Made by a program: the position numbers and the translations under genes. From Octopus sinensis (Eukaryota): a stretch of 64,000 nucleotides of DNA. The stretch lies in the NCBI RefSeq assembly GCF_006345805.1, contig NW_021833962.1:43400-107399 (forward strand), written 5' to 3'. Of the stretch, positions 52,690 through 64,000 are shown piece by piece (within the stretch, counting starts at the first letter, position 1; each line of letters starts with the position of its first letter). The notes under the pieces are model-generated. The model was not told the origin of the DNA. It ran no database searches and worked only from the letters and a program-made list of their open reading frames with translations.

Positions 52690-53370
52690 TGCATTCATAA
52701 TACATGTATGCATACATGCATACACACATACATACATACATACATACATACATAAATACATACATACATCATACATCATATATACATACATACATACATA
52801 CATAATACATACATACATACATACATACATTCATTCATTCATTCATTCATTCATTCATGCATACATACATACATTCATTCATGCATGCATGCATGCATAC
52901 ATACATACATCATACATACATACATATATACATGCATACATACATACATACACACATACATACATACATCATACATACATACATACATTCATTCATTCAT
53001 GCATACATACATACATACATTCATTCATGCATACATACATACATCATACATACATACATCATACATACATACATACATCATACATACATACATCATACAT
53101 ACATACATACATACATACATACATACATTCATTCATTCATACATACATACATCATACATACATCATACATACATACATATATCATACATACATACATACA
53201 TACATCATACATACATACATCATACATACATACATACATACATCATACATACATACATACATACGTAATTATGTACATACATACATACGTAATTATGTAC
53301 ATACATTCATTCATTCATGCATACATACATACATTCATACATACATATATACATCATACATACATACATA
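52690..53370. repeat. (TACA)n/(TTCA)n microsatellite
   Basis: Visible directly. Confidence 0.95.
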
Positions 53371-54640
53371 CGAGGGGCGTTCAATAAGTAATGCCCTGAC
53401 CCACTTCTCATAGCAGTAGAGCAACGAAACTTGGCACAGTTATTAGTCTTTTTCTACATAGGAACCACCCAGAGTTACGCATTTCTCCCATCGTTTGATG
53501 CAGCTCTGGAGACCGTTTTTGTAGAAGACCCCAGCTTGGTCCTGCAACCACGACGTGACTTCAGAAATCAAGGCTGTATCATCTGGGAAACGCTTTCCTT
53601 TCAAAAACAACCTCATGGCTGGGAAGAGGTGAAAATTAGAGAGTGCAAGGTCAGGAGAGTAGGGGGATGGGGGAGGAGTTCATAGCCGCACGCCTGTGCT
53701 TCTGATCTGGCAACACGCGAGTTGTGGACCGGAGCGTTGTCCTGCAGGAGGAGGATGCCTTTGCTGATCTTGCCCCGCCTCTTGATTTTGATAGCTTCTC
53801 TTAATTTCCTCAAAAGTGAAGCATAATAGGCTCCTGTAATTGTGGTACCCTTTGCCAGGAAACCTGTCATCACTATTCCGTCCTGGTCCCAGAAGACTGT
53901 GAGCATGACCTTACCAGCGGAGGGCTGCACCCTTGCCTTCTTTGGAGGAGGTGAGTCACGGTGCTTCCACTGCATTGACTGGGCTTTGGTCTCTGGATCA
54001 TAGTGATGGACCCAGGTTTCATCCTGTGTAATCAGTCTTTTGAAAATTTTTGACTCATCTTCTTGGCACATCTCCAAATTCATCCTCGAGCATTCAACGC
54101 GTTCTTGCTTCTGGAAAGGTGTGAGCAACCTGGGAATCCATCTGGCAGACACCTTTTGCATATGCAAATGGTCATGAATGATAGTTTCCACAGACCCGGT
54201 ACTAATCTTGACCTCATGGGCTATTTGGCGAATAGTTATGCGTCGATCTTCCAAAATGGCAGCCTCAACTTGACGGACAGATGCCTCATCAATGGCAGAA
54301 AGGGGGCGACCAGATCTGGGAGCTGTTTCCACAGAGTTCCGACCATGTTTGAATTTACGATGCCAGCGTTTTACAAGGTCATATGATGGGGCATCATCAC
54401 CATAAGTTACTTTCATTTCATCTAAAGTCTTTCGTGGTGTGCGTCCTTTCAAATACAAAAACCGGATCACTGCTCGACACTCAACAGGCTCCATTTCACA
54501 CTTGACTCAGTTCAAACACCTGTAATTCAGAAACCACAATTAGTTCAAAGCTGTAATTTGCCACGTATTCCATAGAGATAGAAATGATTTCACATGCAAC
54601 TGCAAGTGGGTCAGGGGCATTACTTATTGATCGTCCCTCG
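53371..54640 (-). mobile_element. Full-length mariner, second copy of the 30569-31839 family, TA TSD
   Basis: TIR CGAGGGGCGTTCAATAAGTAATGCCCTGACCCACTT / AAGTGGGTCAGGGGCATTACTTATTGATCGTCCCTCG. Confidence 0.97.
53442..54494 (-). pseudogene. Mariner transposase with the same 1-nt deletion as copy 1
   Basis: ORF 53613-54494, about 95% aa identity to copy 1 by eye, also reads HPPTLLTLH. Confidence 0.92.
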
Positions 54641-54964
54641 TACATACATTCATTCATTCATGCATACATACATACAATACATACATACATACATACATAC
54701 ATACATACATCATACATACATACACACATTTACATTTATATATATATACAACACGTACACATAATACATACATAGACAAACTTGCACATACATATAGACA
54801 TACATACATACAGACTGTCAGGCACACAGGCAAACGAGAAACCGGGCCTAACGAAGCCATTACCCACACGGTTAATTAGGAAATTACAATTAAATGTCGC
54901 TAATGGAACCGTGAAAATATGTCAAACATTCCAAAGATGAGCAGGTGATGTGTTTGTATATATT

Positions 54965-55190
54965 CTTTTATTCTTTTGTTTCAGTCATTTGACTGCGGCC
55001 ATGCTAGAGCGCCGCCTTAAAGGTTTTTTTTTTAGTCAAACAAATCGACCGCAGGACTTATTCTTTGCAAGCCTAGTACTTATATCGTCTCTTTTGCCGA
55101 ACCGCCAAGTTACCATGACGTAAACACACCAACATTAGTTGTCAAGTGATGGTGGGGGTACTACACAGATACAAAGACACACACATACAT
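54965..55190 (-). mobile_element. SINE family A 3' half
   Basis: Reverse complement of the tail. Confidence 0.8.
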
Positions 55191-55299
55191 AAATATATAC
55201 ATACACCCAGCGATCCAGCGAAGCTACACAAGGAAGATCGATACAACTCGACATATTAGCTACTGGGAGTGACTGAGTGACTGTCTTCCTGAAGACATC

Positions 55300-55670
55300 C
55301 GTCGGTTACGACGACGAGGGTTCCGGTTGATCCGAATCAACGGAACAGCCTGCTCGTGAAATTAACGTGTAAGTGGCTGAGCACTCCACAGACACGTGTA
55401 CCCTTAACGTAGTTCTCGGGGATATTCAGCGTGACACAGAGTGACAAGGCCGGCCCTTTGAAATACAGGTAAGCACAAAACAGAAGTAAGAGTGAGAGAA
55501 AGTTGTGGTGAAAGAGTACAGCAGGGATTACCACCATCCCCTGCCGTGGCCCGTGGGGCTTTTAGGTTGTTTTTCGCTCAATAAACACTCACAACGCCCG
55601 GTCTGGGAATCGAAACCGCGATCCTACGACTGCCAGTCCGCTGCCCTAACCACTGGGCCATTGCGCCTCC
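55300..55670 (-). mobile_element. SINE family B, full length, 15-bp TSD ACTGGGAGTGACTGA
   Basis: TSD at 55262-55276 and 55671-55685. Confidence 0.9.
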
Positions 55671-56004
55671 ACTGGGAGTGACTGACAGATTTTAGACTCT
55701 ACTCCCTGGAGTAGAGTCTTAACTCTAACTGTATACAATATAGCAACATTGTTTAAAATATTTAACTATAGTACTGCATATTAAGATTTCCCCTGTTTCA
55801 TTATCAATGGTCTGCTATTGGGCGACTCCCTTAATTGTCAGCTAACATCTTGTTTAAGTTTTCCTTTACTAAACCTCATGATATTGCTTTTAATAAATCT
55901 TGATTTTTATGACGAAACCAACTCTGATGTCTGCCTGCTCCCTCAGCTCTACCCCTGACAGATACTGTTGAAGTGAATCGAACGGTTTTTGTGTGTTTCT
56001 TAAA

Positions 56005-56401
56005 TCTTTATTTATAAAAGTGAAGTTGTCTGTCTGTCTCCTACGGTTTAGATTCCTAACTACTCCCACATTTTGCGGTGCAGTGTAACCAAAACCGGGT
56101 ATCTTATAGTCGCGATTCATATCGAGCCCTTCTGGGTATTAGCGTGCGTCTACGATGAGTCTACGATTAAAAAAAAAATTACCATAATTTTTTTTCCATT
56201 TTAATGCACATTTTCGCTATTATATAAGGGAAGTAACTCTCTAAAAATGTCTACGATGAGTCAACGATTTAAAAAAATATTTACCATATTTTTTTTCCAT
56301 TTTTAATGCATTTTTTTGCTATTTTTTGGCTATAACTCTCTAAAAATGCTTATATAGTTATTTCCCTTACAAACCCGAGCAACGCCGGGCGATACTGCTA
56401 G
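56005..56401 (+). mobile_element. Complete non-autonomous Helitron (~397 bp)
   Basis: A|TC 5' end, 3' hairpin CCCGAGCAACGCCGGG, CTAG|T end, no TSD, internal ~110 bp duplication. Confidence 0.88.
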
Positions 56402-56514
56402 TGACTTATAAACACCTTCCACGCTGCAATTATATAATATATAATATATATATATATTATATATATATATATAATATTATATATATTGTGTGTGTGTGTG
56501 TGTGTGTATATGTA

Positions 56515-56950
56515 ACCCAGTACAACCTGTTGCATGGTTGGGTCATCGGCGACTAAACCGGCAACCCCACCAAGCTTGCTTGGTGAGGAGGGTGTTTATT
56601 GGACACCCTGCGGGATGAAAAACAAAACCCGTCAAAGGGCGGAGAAACTCTTGAGAGTCAACGGCCATCCAATAAATGTCTTAAGGCTGTATCAAGCGCG
56701 GGGACATAGAAATAATCGGACTAAATACCCGATCGCGCAGTTAAACCATTGGGAGTGAAGGACTCCTAGCCTTTGTTAGGGCATCCTTCTAGGAGAAGGT
56801 AACTGGGATAACTCCAACATAAAACCTGCGGCTCAGTGGTTACCGATGATGTCGACTTGCTCTTCTTTTCGGATTATAGCTGCTGTTGCTTAGTGAGTGG
56901 GGTTGATTCAGTGTACAGCCTTTCCTCACTTTAAAAAATATCTTCTTGCA
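56515..56950 (+). mobile_element. Probable 5' UTR fragment of an RTE-type LINE
   Basis: Motif CTAGGAGAAGGTAACT..AAAACC resembles RTE 5' UTRs as I recall them; several hairpins. Confidence 0.35.
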
Positions 56951-57097
56951 CAGGCATTGTACGATAACAACATTGATTAAGCTTCGTGCAATGGCCATAC
57001 TCGATAAAAAGGGGGCAGCCACCATGTATGTGTGTATATATGTATGTATGTATGTTGTATGTATGTATGTATGTATGTATGTATGTATGTATGTATG

Positions 57098-57140
<43 letters not shown>

Positions 57141-57142
57141 TA

Positions 57143-57189
<47 letters not shown>

Positions 57190-57389
57190 ATCCAAACAAG
57201 AAAGCACAAAAAAACACAACAACTCGAGGACGTGGAACAATATAGTATTATTGGACGCTCAGGAAAAAGGAGGATTTAACGTTTCGAGCGGAGCTCTTCG
57301 TCGGAAACATAGGAGAAGGAAAGATCCATAGAAGGGAAGACAGAGGAAAAAAATCGCCAACAGTACACACGAGGTCATATTTTGAAAGA

Positions 57390-57470
<81 letters not shown>

Positions 57471-57521
57471 ATGTCTTCGGGGTTTGAATATCTCGTCGCC
57501 AATAATGTTATGACGACGTTA

Positions 57522-57817
57522 GGAAGGAACATCATCATCATCATTGTCCGACCGTGGTCGAGACAATGGAATTTACCAAGCTACGCCAAACTTCACGGTC
57601 CATCATAGCATTACGGAGGCATTGTGAAAGGTGGGAGAGTCCAGTTTGCTGGACATTGTTGTAGAGCTGAAAAAGAGGTAATTTCTACTCTTCTCCTCTG
57701 GAAGCCATCTACTCGCAATACCAGAGGGCGCACACAATCCTACCCTGATGTAATCTCCAAGGATACAGGCATCCAGCAACAGGACCTCCGTAATGCCATG
57801 ATAGACCGTGGGAAGGA
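57522..57817 (-). mobile_element. RTE-clade LINE 3' end with 5' inversion and GGAAGGA TSD
   Basis: Minus 57619-57531 reads LRNAMMDREVWRSLVNSIVSTTVGQ* plus (TGA)n; plus 57620-57810 reads RVQFAGHCCRAEKEVISTLLLWKP..DTG..DLRNAMIDR. Confidence 0.85.
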
Positions 57818-58699
57818 CACAAGGGTGTAGGAATAGTATTATCCAAATAATCTTTTGGGTATGGTTATCTCGAATAATCTGTTGCAAAATTAACGTTTAC
57901 GCAGAACGTACTCTGTACTACGCCAAACGTAGGTACGACATTAAACTAACCCAGTAAGTAATCCAATATGAACGACCAACGCTGTCAACTCTCCGCTGTC
58001 ATCTGCCAACAGTTCCCACAATTTCTTTACTTTATTGAAATGCCTCAGTCCACTTTTGGTCACGTGGGAGTGGTCTGGATCCTTCTACAACACGCGCACG
58101 CACACACACACACACACACACGCATACACAAATGCGCATCAGGTGTCGATGTGATGTCAGAGCAACGTGAGATGAAGTGTTTTGTTCAAGAACACGACGC
58201 ACCACCCGGTCTAGGTATTGAAATCGCGATCGCAATATCGTGATTGCAACACCCTAACCACTAGGCCACGTGCCCCACCACATCCTTATAAAAAGCAAAA
58301 TCTGTTTCTTCGTAACTTGACCGCTGAAAACACTAGGCTTTTCGTATCATTTAAAGGTTTTTTTCGTTGTCATCTTGTAATTAAGACCGCCTCACGGACC
58401 GATCGGACAAAATAGAAAAGGCCATTGCCTCAGAGGATGGCCAGGGGGATGTGCGAAAACAGCCTCTCTGGCTCACAGGGTTCGCACTTGTAGATAGCCA
58501 TCTCTGCCCTGTTAGCTGTGAGCAGGGATATGGTCCGGGGACCGGGAATTCCCGGAAGTGCCCACAGCCACAGGCTCCACCTATCAGGGAGAGGCCAATA
58601 CTTTGACAGTTTGCCTTTCTCAGCCTGACGAGCATCGGAGCCGGGGCTGGTTACTGACCGCACCAAGTTGCCGTTGGAGAAGGTGTCACAGACCGTATT

Positions 58700-59220
58700 C
58701 TTTGTGAGCCTCTCTCTTTCTCTCTCTATTGCTCTCTCTTTCTCTCTCTCTCTCTCTCCATCCTTCACTTCAACGCTCCCTCTTTCTCTTTCTCGCTTTC
58801 CCCTTCCCTCGCTTCAATGCCCCCTCTCTTTCTCTCTCTCTCTCTTGCTCTCTCTCTCTCTCTTGCTCTCCTTTCTCCCTCTCCCCCTTCCTTCACTTCA
58901 ATACTCCTTCTCTCTTTCTCTTTCTCCCCTTCCCTCTCTTTCTCTCTCCCTCTCTTTCTCTCTCCCTCTCTTTCTCTCTCCCTCTCTTTCTCTCTCTCTT
59001 TCTCTCTCTCTCACTCTGTCTCTCCCCTTCTCTCTCTCTCCCCTTCCCTTGCTTTAATTTCCCTCCTCTCTCTCTCTCTTCTCTCTCTCTCTTCTCTCTC
59101 TCGCTCTCCTCTTCATTCGCTTCAATGCCCTCTCCCTCGCTCTCTCTGCCCGCACCCCTCTCTCCCTTACTCTCCCTTACTCTCCTTAAGCCTTCCCAAA
59201 CCGTTTCCACCCATCCCCTT
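58700..59220. repeat. (CT)n-rich polypyrimidine microsatellite
   Basis: Visible directly. Confidence 0.95.
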
Positions 59221-59353
59221 TCTCTCCGTCCTCCAATCTCCGACGGACGTCCGACGAAGAGAATCAACTTCACTTTCGTTTCCCACAGCAGAACTTCGCT
59301 CGGAATGCCGGAAGCTCTTCTCCTATCCTAACACCGCACACACTTAACACACT

Positions 59354-59397
<44 letters not shown>

Positions 59398-59688
59398 ACA
59401 TACACGTATTTTTTCCAGTCATTAGACTTCGGCCATGCTGGAACATCGCCTTGAAGAATGTTCCGTCGATAGAATTCATCCTAGCATTCATTTTATTTTC
59501 ATTTTTAACACACACACACACACACACAACACACACACACACACACACAATCATCATCATCAACACCATCATCATCATCATCACCATCATCATCATCACT
59601 TTTCCTCCTACTCATACAGCTACAAGAAAAGCTACTACTACTACTACTAACTACTACTACAACCACCACCACCACCACCACCACCACC

Positions 59689-59734
<46 letters not shown>

Positions 59735-60070
59735 TACTACTACTACTACTACACCACACCCACTACTACTACTACGTGATAGTAGGTGCGAGGAGGAAGC
59801 TTCGGCTGCTCTTTCCAGCGCGCCGAGCGTCCACGTGAAGGATTCCTCGTGGCTCTGAGTAGTAGCGGTGGCGATGTAAGTGTAGTGGTGTGTGTGTGTG
59901 TATGTGTGTGTGTCGGTTTTGCGGTGTGTTGTTACTATGTTGCATAATGGCGACGATTAGCAACGCGACAGAGGCCGTTGGCTGGTTGGTTGGTTGGTTC
60001 GGATGGCGGGCTGTTTTAAACGCTTTTTACATTCTGCATGAATCAGCCACGCAGTTATTTGCCATCCAAT

Positions 60071-60074
<4 letters not shown>

Positions 60075-60105
<31 letters not shown>

Positions 60106-60860
60106 GGATATATATATATCTATAGATACACACACATATATATATATATATACATATATATATATGTATGGTTGTATATTATATATGCATTTATATATAT
60201 GTATTATATATATACATGTAATATATATGTATATATATATATATATTATATATATTGTATATATGTATGTGGGTGTGTATATATATACATATATATGGTA
60301 TGCTTGTATATGTAATATATATATATATAATATATATACATATATATATGTATATTTATATATATAATATGTATGTGTGTATATATATAAATATATCCAT
60401 ATATATATTTACAGTCATATATGTATATATATATGTATATATTAATGTTTATATGTATGTATATGTATATATGTATTTTATATGTTTATATATATTTATA
60501 TTGTATATGTATATATATATATGTATATACATGTATACATAAGTACATATATGCATATGTATACAATAATTAAATATATATTATTTTATATAAGTAAGTA
60601 TATATATATATATATATATATACTATATATATAATATAGATATATGATATATATACATATATATATGTATATATGTACATTTATATATATAGATATACAG
60701 ATATAAATATATTAGTGTGTATGCATATTTATATATATATATATATTATAGATATATATATATATACATAATACACATACATACATACATACCTACACTG
60801 CCTACACACAAACGCACACACACATGCACACATACATATATATATATATATGTGTATATA
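60075..60860. repeat. (TA)/(TG) microsatellite
   Basis: Visible directly. Confidence 0.95.
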
Positions 60861-61108
60861 TGCTGACTGACATTAAAAACGATCGCCTCGTGTGCGCCAA
60901 CCCCCCCCAGTCCGCCCGTCGCCGCCACCCTTTTATAATCACACTGTTACATCCTGTCTCCAAGGCTTGGGTACGTAGGTAGGTGGGTATATATGGGTTG
61001 GCAGATTGGTGGGTTAGGTAGGGGTGGCCACATGCACATTCTGGGTAATTTATTGGGCTTACATCACAGGAGAACCGACCTGACATACTGCTCTGCATTC
61101 TGCCACCG

Positions 61109-61177
<69 letters not shown>

Positions 61178-61532
61178 GTTGTTGTTGTTGTTGTTGTTGT
61201 CATTGTTCTTTTTTACAAGCAGGAAATTACTCAGTGAAGGTCACATAGCTATGATGGTTACGAAATCTGGGACAGTGCCCCAAAATAGGTATTTTTTCTC
61301 TTTTTGCGCTCATGTGACTAGGTTTCGATGGTGGTTGTGGTGGGGTCGGGTAGGATGGTCATGGTGGGGTGGGGTGGGGTGCGCAGGAGGGGTGGTCACA
61401 TAGAGTGCGGTGGGAGAGTGTGTGTGTATGTTTGTGTGTGAGTGTATGAAGGGGATGAGGTGGTGCGATTGTAAGGATTGGAAGAGGAGAGATTTGGGGA
61501 CAGGAAGAGTTGTATGTATGTATGTATGTATG

Positions 61533-61563
<31 letters not shown>

Positions 61564-61657
61564 CGTGTACGTATATATGTATATGGTATGGGAGTATTGG
61601 TGCATATAAGTATATGTGTGTGCTTTTGTGTATGTATATATATATATATATATATTA

Positions 61658-61704
<47 letters not shown>

Positions 61705-62159
61705 TGTATTATATATGTGACTGCGTGTGTATCGTTGGCGATTTTTTTTCGTCCGTCTTCCCTTCTCTGGATCTTTCCTTCTCCTATGTTTCCGACGAAG
61801 AGCTCCGCTCGAAACGTTATATCCTCCTTTTTTCCTTTCCTGAGCGTCCAATAACACTATACTTGTTCCACGTCCTCGCGTTGTTGTGTTTGGATTAACT
61901 ATATATAATATATATATATATATATTTACACACACACACACACATACATATATACACACACACACACATATAAGTAAATAAATGGAGTTGAACGCAGGTG
62001 TTATTCAAATTCTTTTACATTCGACATATGTTTCGAAGACAACATTGGTTATATTCCAAAGGAATAAACGGTGTAAAATAATGCAATCTTCTCATCGGGA
62101 AAGAAAGAGAACCTATCTCAGCAACAAGACATTATAACAATTTTATTATGTCTTGTTGA

Positions 62160-62210
62160 GTTGGTGGGTGACAAACACAGGCACACAAATATATATATAC
62201 AAACAAGTGC

Positions 62211-62247
<37 letters not shown>

Positions 62248-62495
62248 CTCACAAATATATATATACACACAAGTACACACACACACACATACACACACAC
62301 ACACAACACACACAAACACACATATGTATACGATGGGCTTCTTTCATTTTCCTTCAACCAAATCCACTCACAAGTCTTTGGCTGGCCCGAGGCCATAGTA
62401 GAAGACACTTACCCAAGGTACCACGCAGTGGGACTGAACACAGAACCATGTGGTTGGTAAGCAAAGCTACTTACCACACAGCCACTCTTGCGCCT
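62160..62495 (-). mobile_element. SINE family A 5' part with expanded internal microsatellite
   Basis: GCTACTTACCACACAGCCACTCTTGCGCC head in reverse complement. Confidence 0.85.
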
Positions 62496-62642
62496 ATGTA
62501 TATATATATACGCATGTATGTATGTACGTATGTATGTATATATGTATATGGGTATGTATGGGTGCATGCATGGATATACATACATTGATATATATACATA
62601 TGTGTGTATATAGACAAAAAAAGCGTCAGGGAGAGGAACTTA

Positions 62643-62688
<46 letters not shown>

Positions 62689-62899
62689 AGAGAGAGAGAG
62701 AGGGAGGAAGAGAGAGGCAGACAGACAGACAGACAGACAGACAGACGGAAGACTAGTGAGAGAGATAGGTTATAGGGCAAACTATAAAGGAATACTAAAT
62801 GTCTGGTGGACATATTCAATGGCGGAAATGTGTGAAGAGATAAAGCGGGAAGAAGAAGAAGAAGGAGCGGAATGAAGGGGGAGAACAAAGGATTTGGTT

Positions 62900-63460
62900 G
62901 TGTGTGTGTGTGGATGTGTGTGTGAGTGAGTGTGTGTGTGTGGATGTTTGTGTGTGCGGATGTGTGTATGTATGGATGTGTGTGAGAGTTTGTGTGTGTG
63001 TGTGTGTGTGAGAGTGTATGTTGTATTTGTGTGAGTGTGTGTGTATGGATGTGTGTGAGTGTGTGTATGTGTGTGTGCGGATGTGTGTATGTATGGGTGA
63101 GTGTGAGTGTTTGTGTGTGTGTGTATGTTGTATTTGTGTGTGTGTTGATGTGAGGGTGTGTGAATGCCTGTTTGTGTGTGTGTGTGTATGTCGTATTTGT
63201 GTGAGTGTGTGTGTATGTGTGCGAATGCCTGTTTGTGTGTGTATGTGTGTGTGTTGTATTTGTGTGTGTGTGTGTGAGTGTATGTGAATGCCTGTTTGTG
63301 TGTGTGTGAGAGTGTGCATATGTGTATGTTGTATTTGTGTGTGTGTGCGTGTTTGTGTGTGTGTATGCTGTATAAGCGTGTGTGAGTGTATGTGTGCGTA
63401 TGTGTGTATGTCGTACTCGTACGTATGTGCATGTGTGTGTGTGTGTGTGTGTGTGGTGTG
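62900..63460. repeat. (GT)-rich complex microsatellite
   Basis: Visible directly. Confidence 0.95.
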
Positions 63461-63524
63461 CGAGATTGCGTCAGAGAACGAGGTCGGAAGCTGGAACACG
63501 TCCTATAGCGATATCGTCACAATT

Positions 63525-63790
63525 GTTATCATCTTCTTCATCATCATTCTCTTCCTCATCCTTATCATCATCATCATCATCATCGTCGTCGTCATCACCA
63601 TCATCATCGTCGTCATCATCGCCATCATCGTGGTCGTCATCATCATCATCATCACCATCGCTAGCACCACTAATACCACCATCGGTTCCATCATCATCAT
63701 CATCATCATCATCACCATCATCATGATCATCTTCATCATGATCATGATCATCATCATCATCATCATCATCATCACCATCATTAGTAAAAG
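63525..63790. repeat. (CAT)n microsatellite
   Basis: Visible directly. Confidence 0.95.
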
Positions 63791-64000
63791 CATCACTACC
63801 ACTGCGATGACGATCAATACCACTATAATCACACATGCGCTCACACACACGGAACCAACAATCCATTCATGACCGTTACCCCATCACATTTAAACAAGTC
63901 ATATATACATGCACACATACATACATGCAGATATACATAAACACACACGCATACACGCACACACGCACACATGCACACACGCACACGCGTACGCACACAC

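Noticed and set aside
58540-58600. GH45/expansin-like GGACGCG or RNase H-like GIPG motif
   Set aside because: Surrounding residues do not match, and the RNase H reading needs two indels.
60940-60985. 6-nt microexon CTCCAAG|GCTTGG|GTACGT
   Set aside because: Such short signals arise by chance and no host gene is identified.
63470-63530. Coding exon between (GT)n and (CAT)n
   Set aside because: Only ~60 unique nt, with no clear splice sites or recognisable motif.

Overview
AT-rich, microsatellite-dense animal genomic DNA. The SINE families and TTAGGG motifs point to an octopod cephalopod; this is my recollection of the families, not a database result. I cannot identify an intact host protein-coding gene. 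The first 11.9 kb is a tandem array of about five 2.0-2.2 kb units. Each unit has a SINE, a fold-back element with TTAGGG in its loop, microsatellites and a CpG-containing exon-like module ending in an AAG|GTAAGA donor; unit 2 is interrupted by a CR1-type LINE. The rest of the window holds two near-full-length APE-RT LINEs in head-to-head orientation, two full-length mariner transposons with the same frameshift, other Tc1/mariner relics, Helitron/Helentron-type elements, an RTE fragment with a twin-priming structure, several SINE families, (TA)n-embedded Penelope-like relics with hammerhead motifs, and large mini/microsatellites. Best leads: (1) the arrayed donor module, either spliced-leader-RNA-like or a TCT/5'TOP promoter plus first exon; (2) a covarying 3' hairpin shared by three LINEs and the commonest SINE; (3) an intact type I hammerhead core at 14161-14271; (4) two divergent CRE-containing promoter-like islands at about 39 kb and 44.7 kb. 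Most ORFs in the track are microsatellite artefacts.
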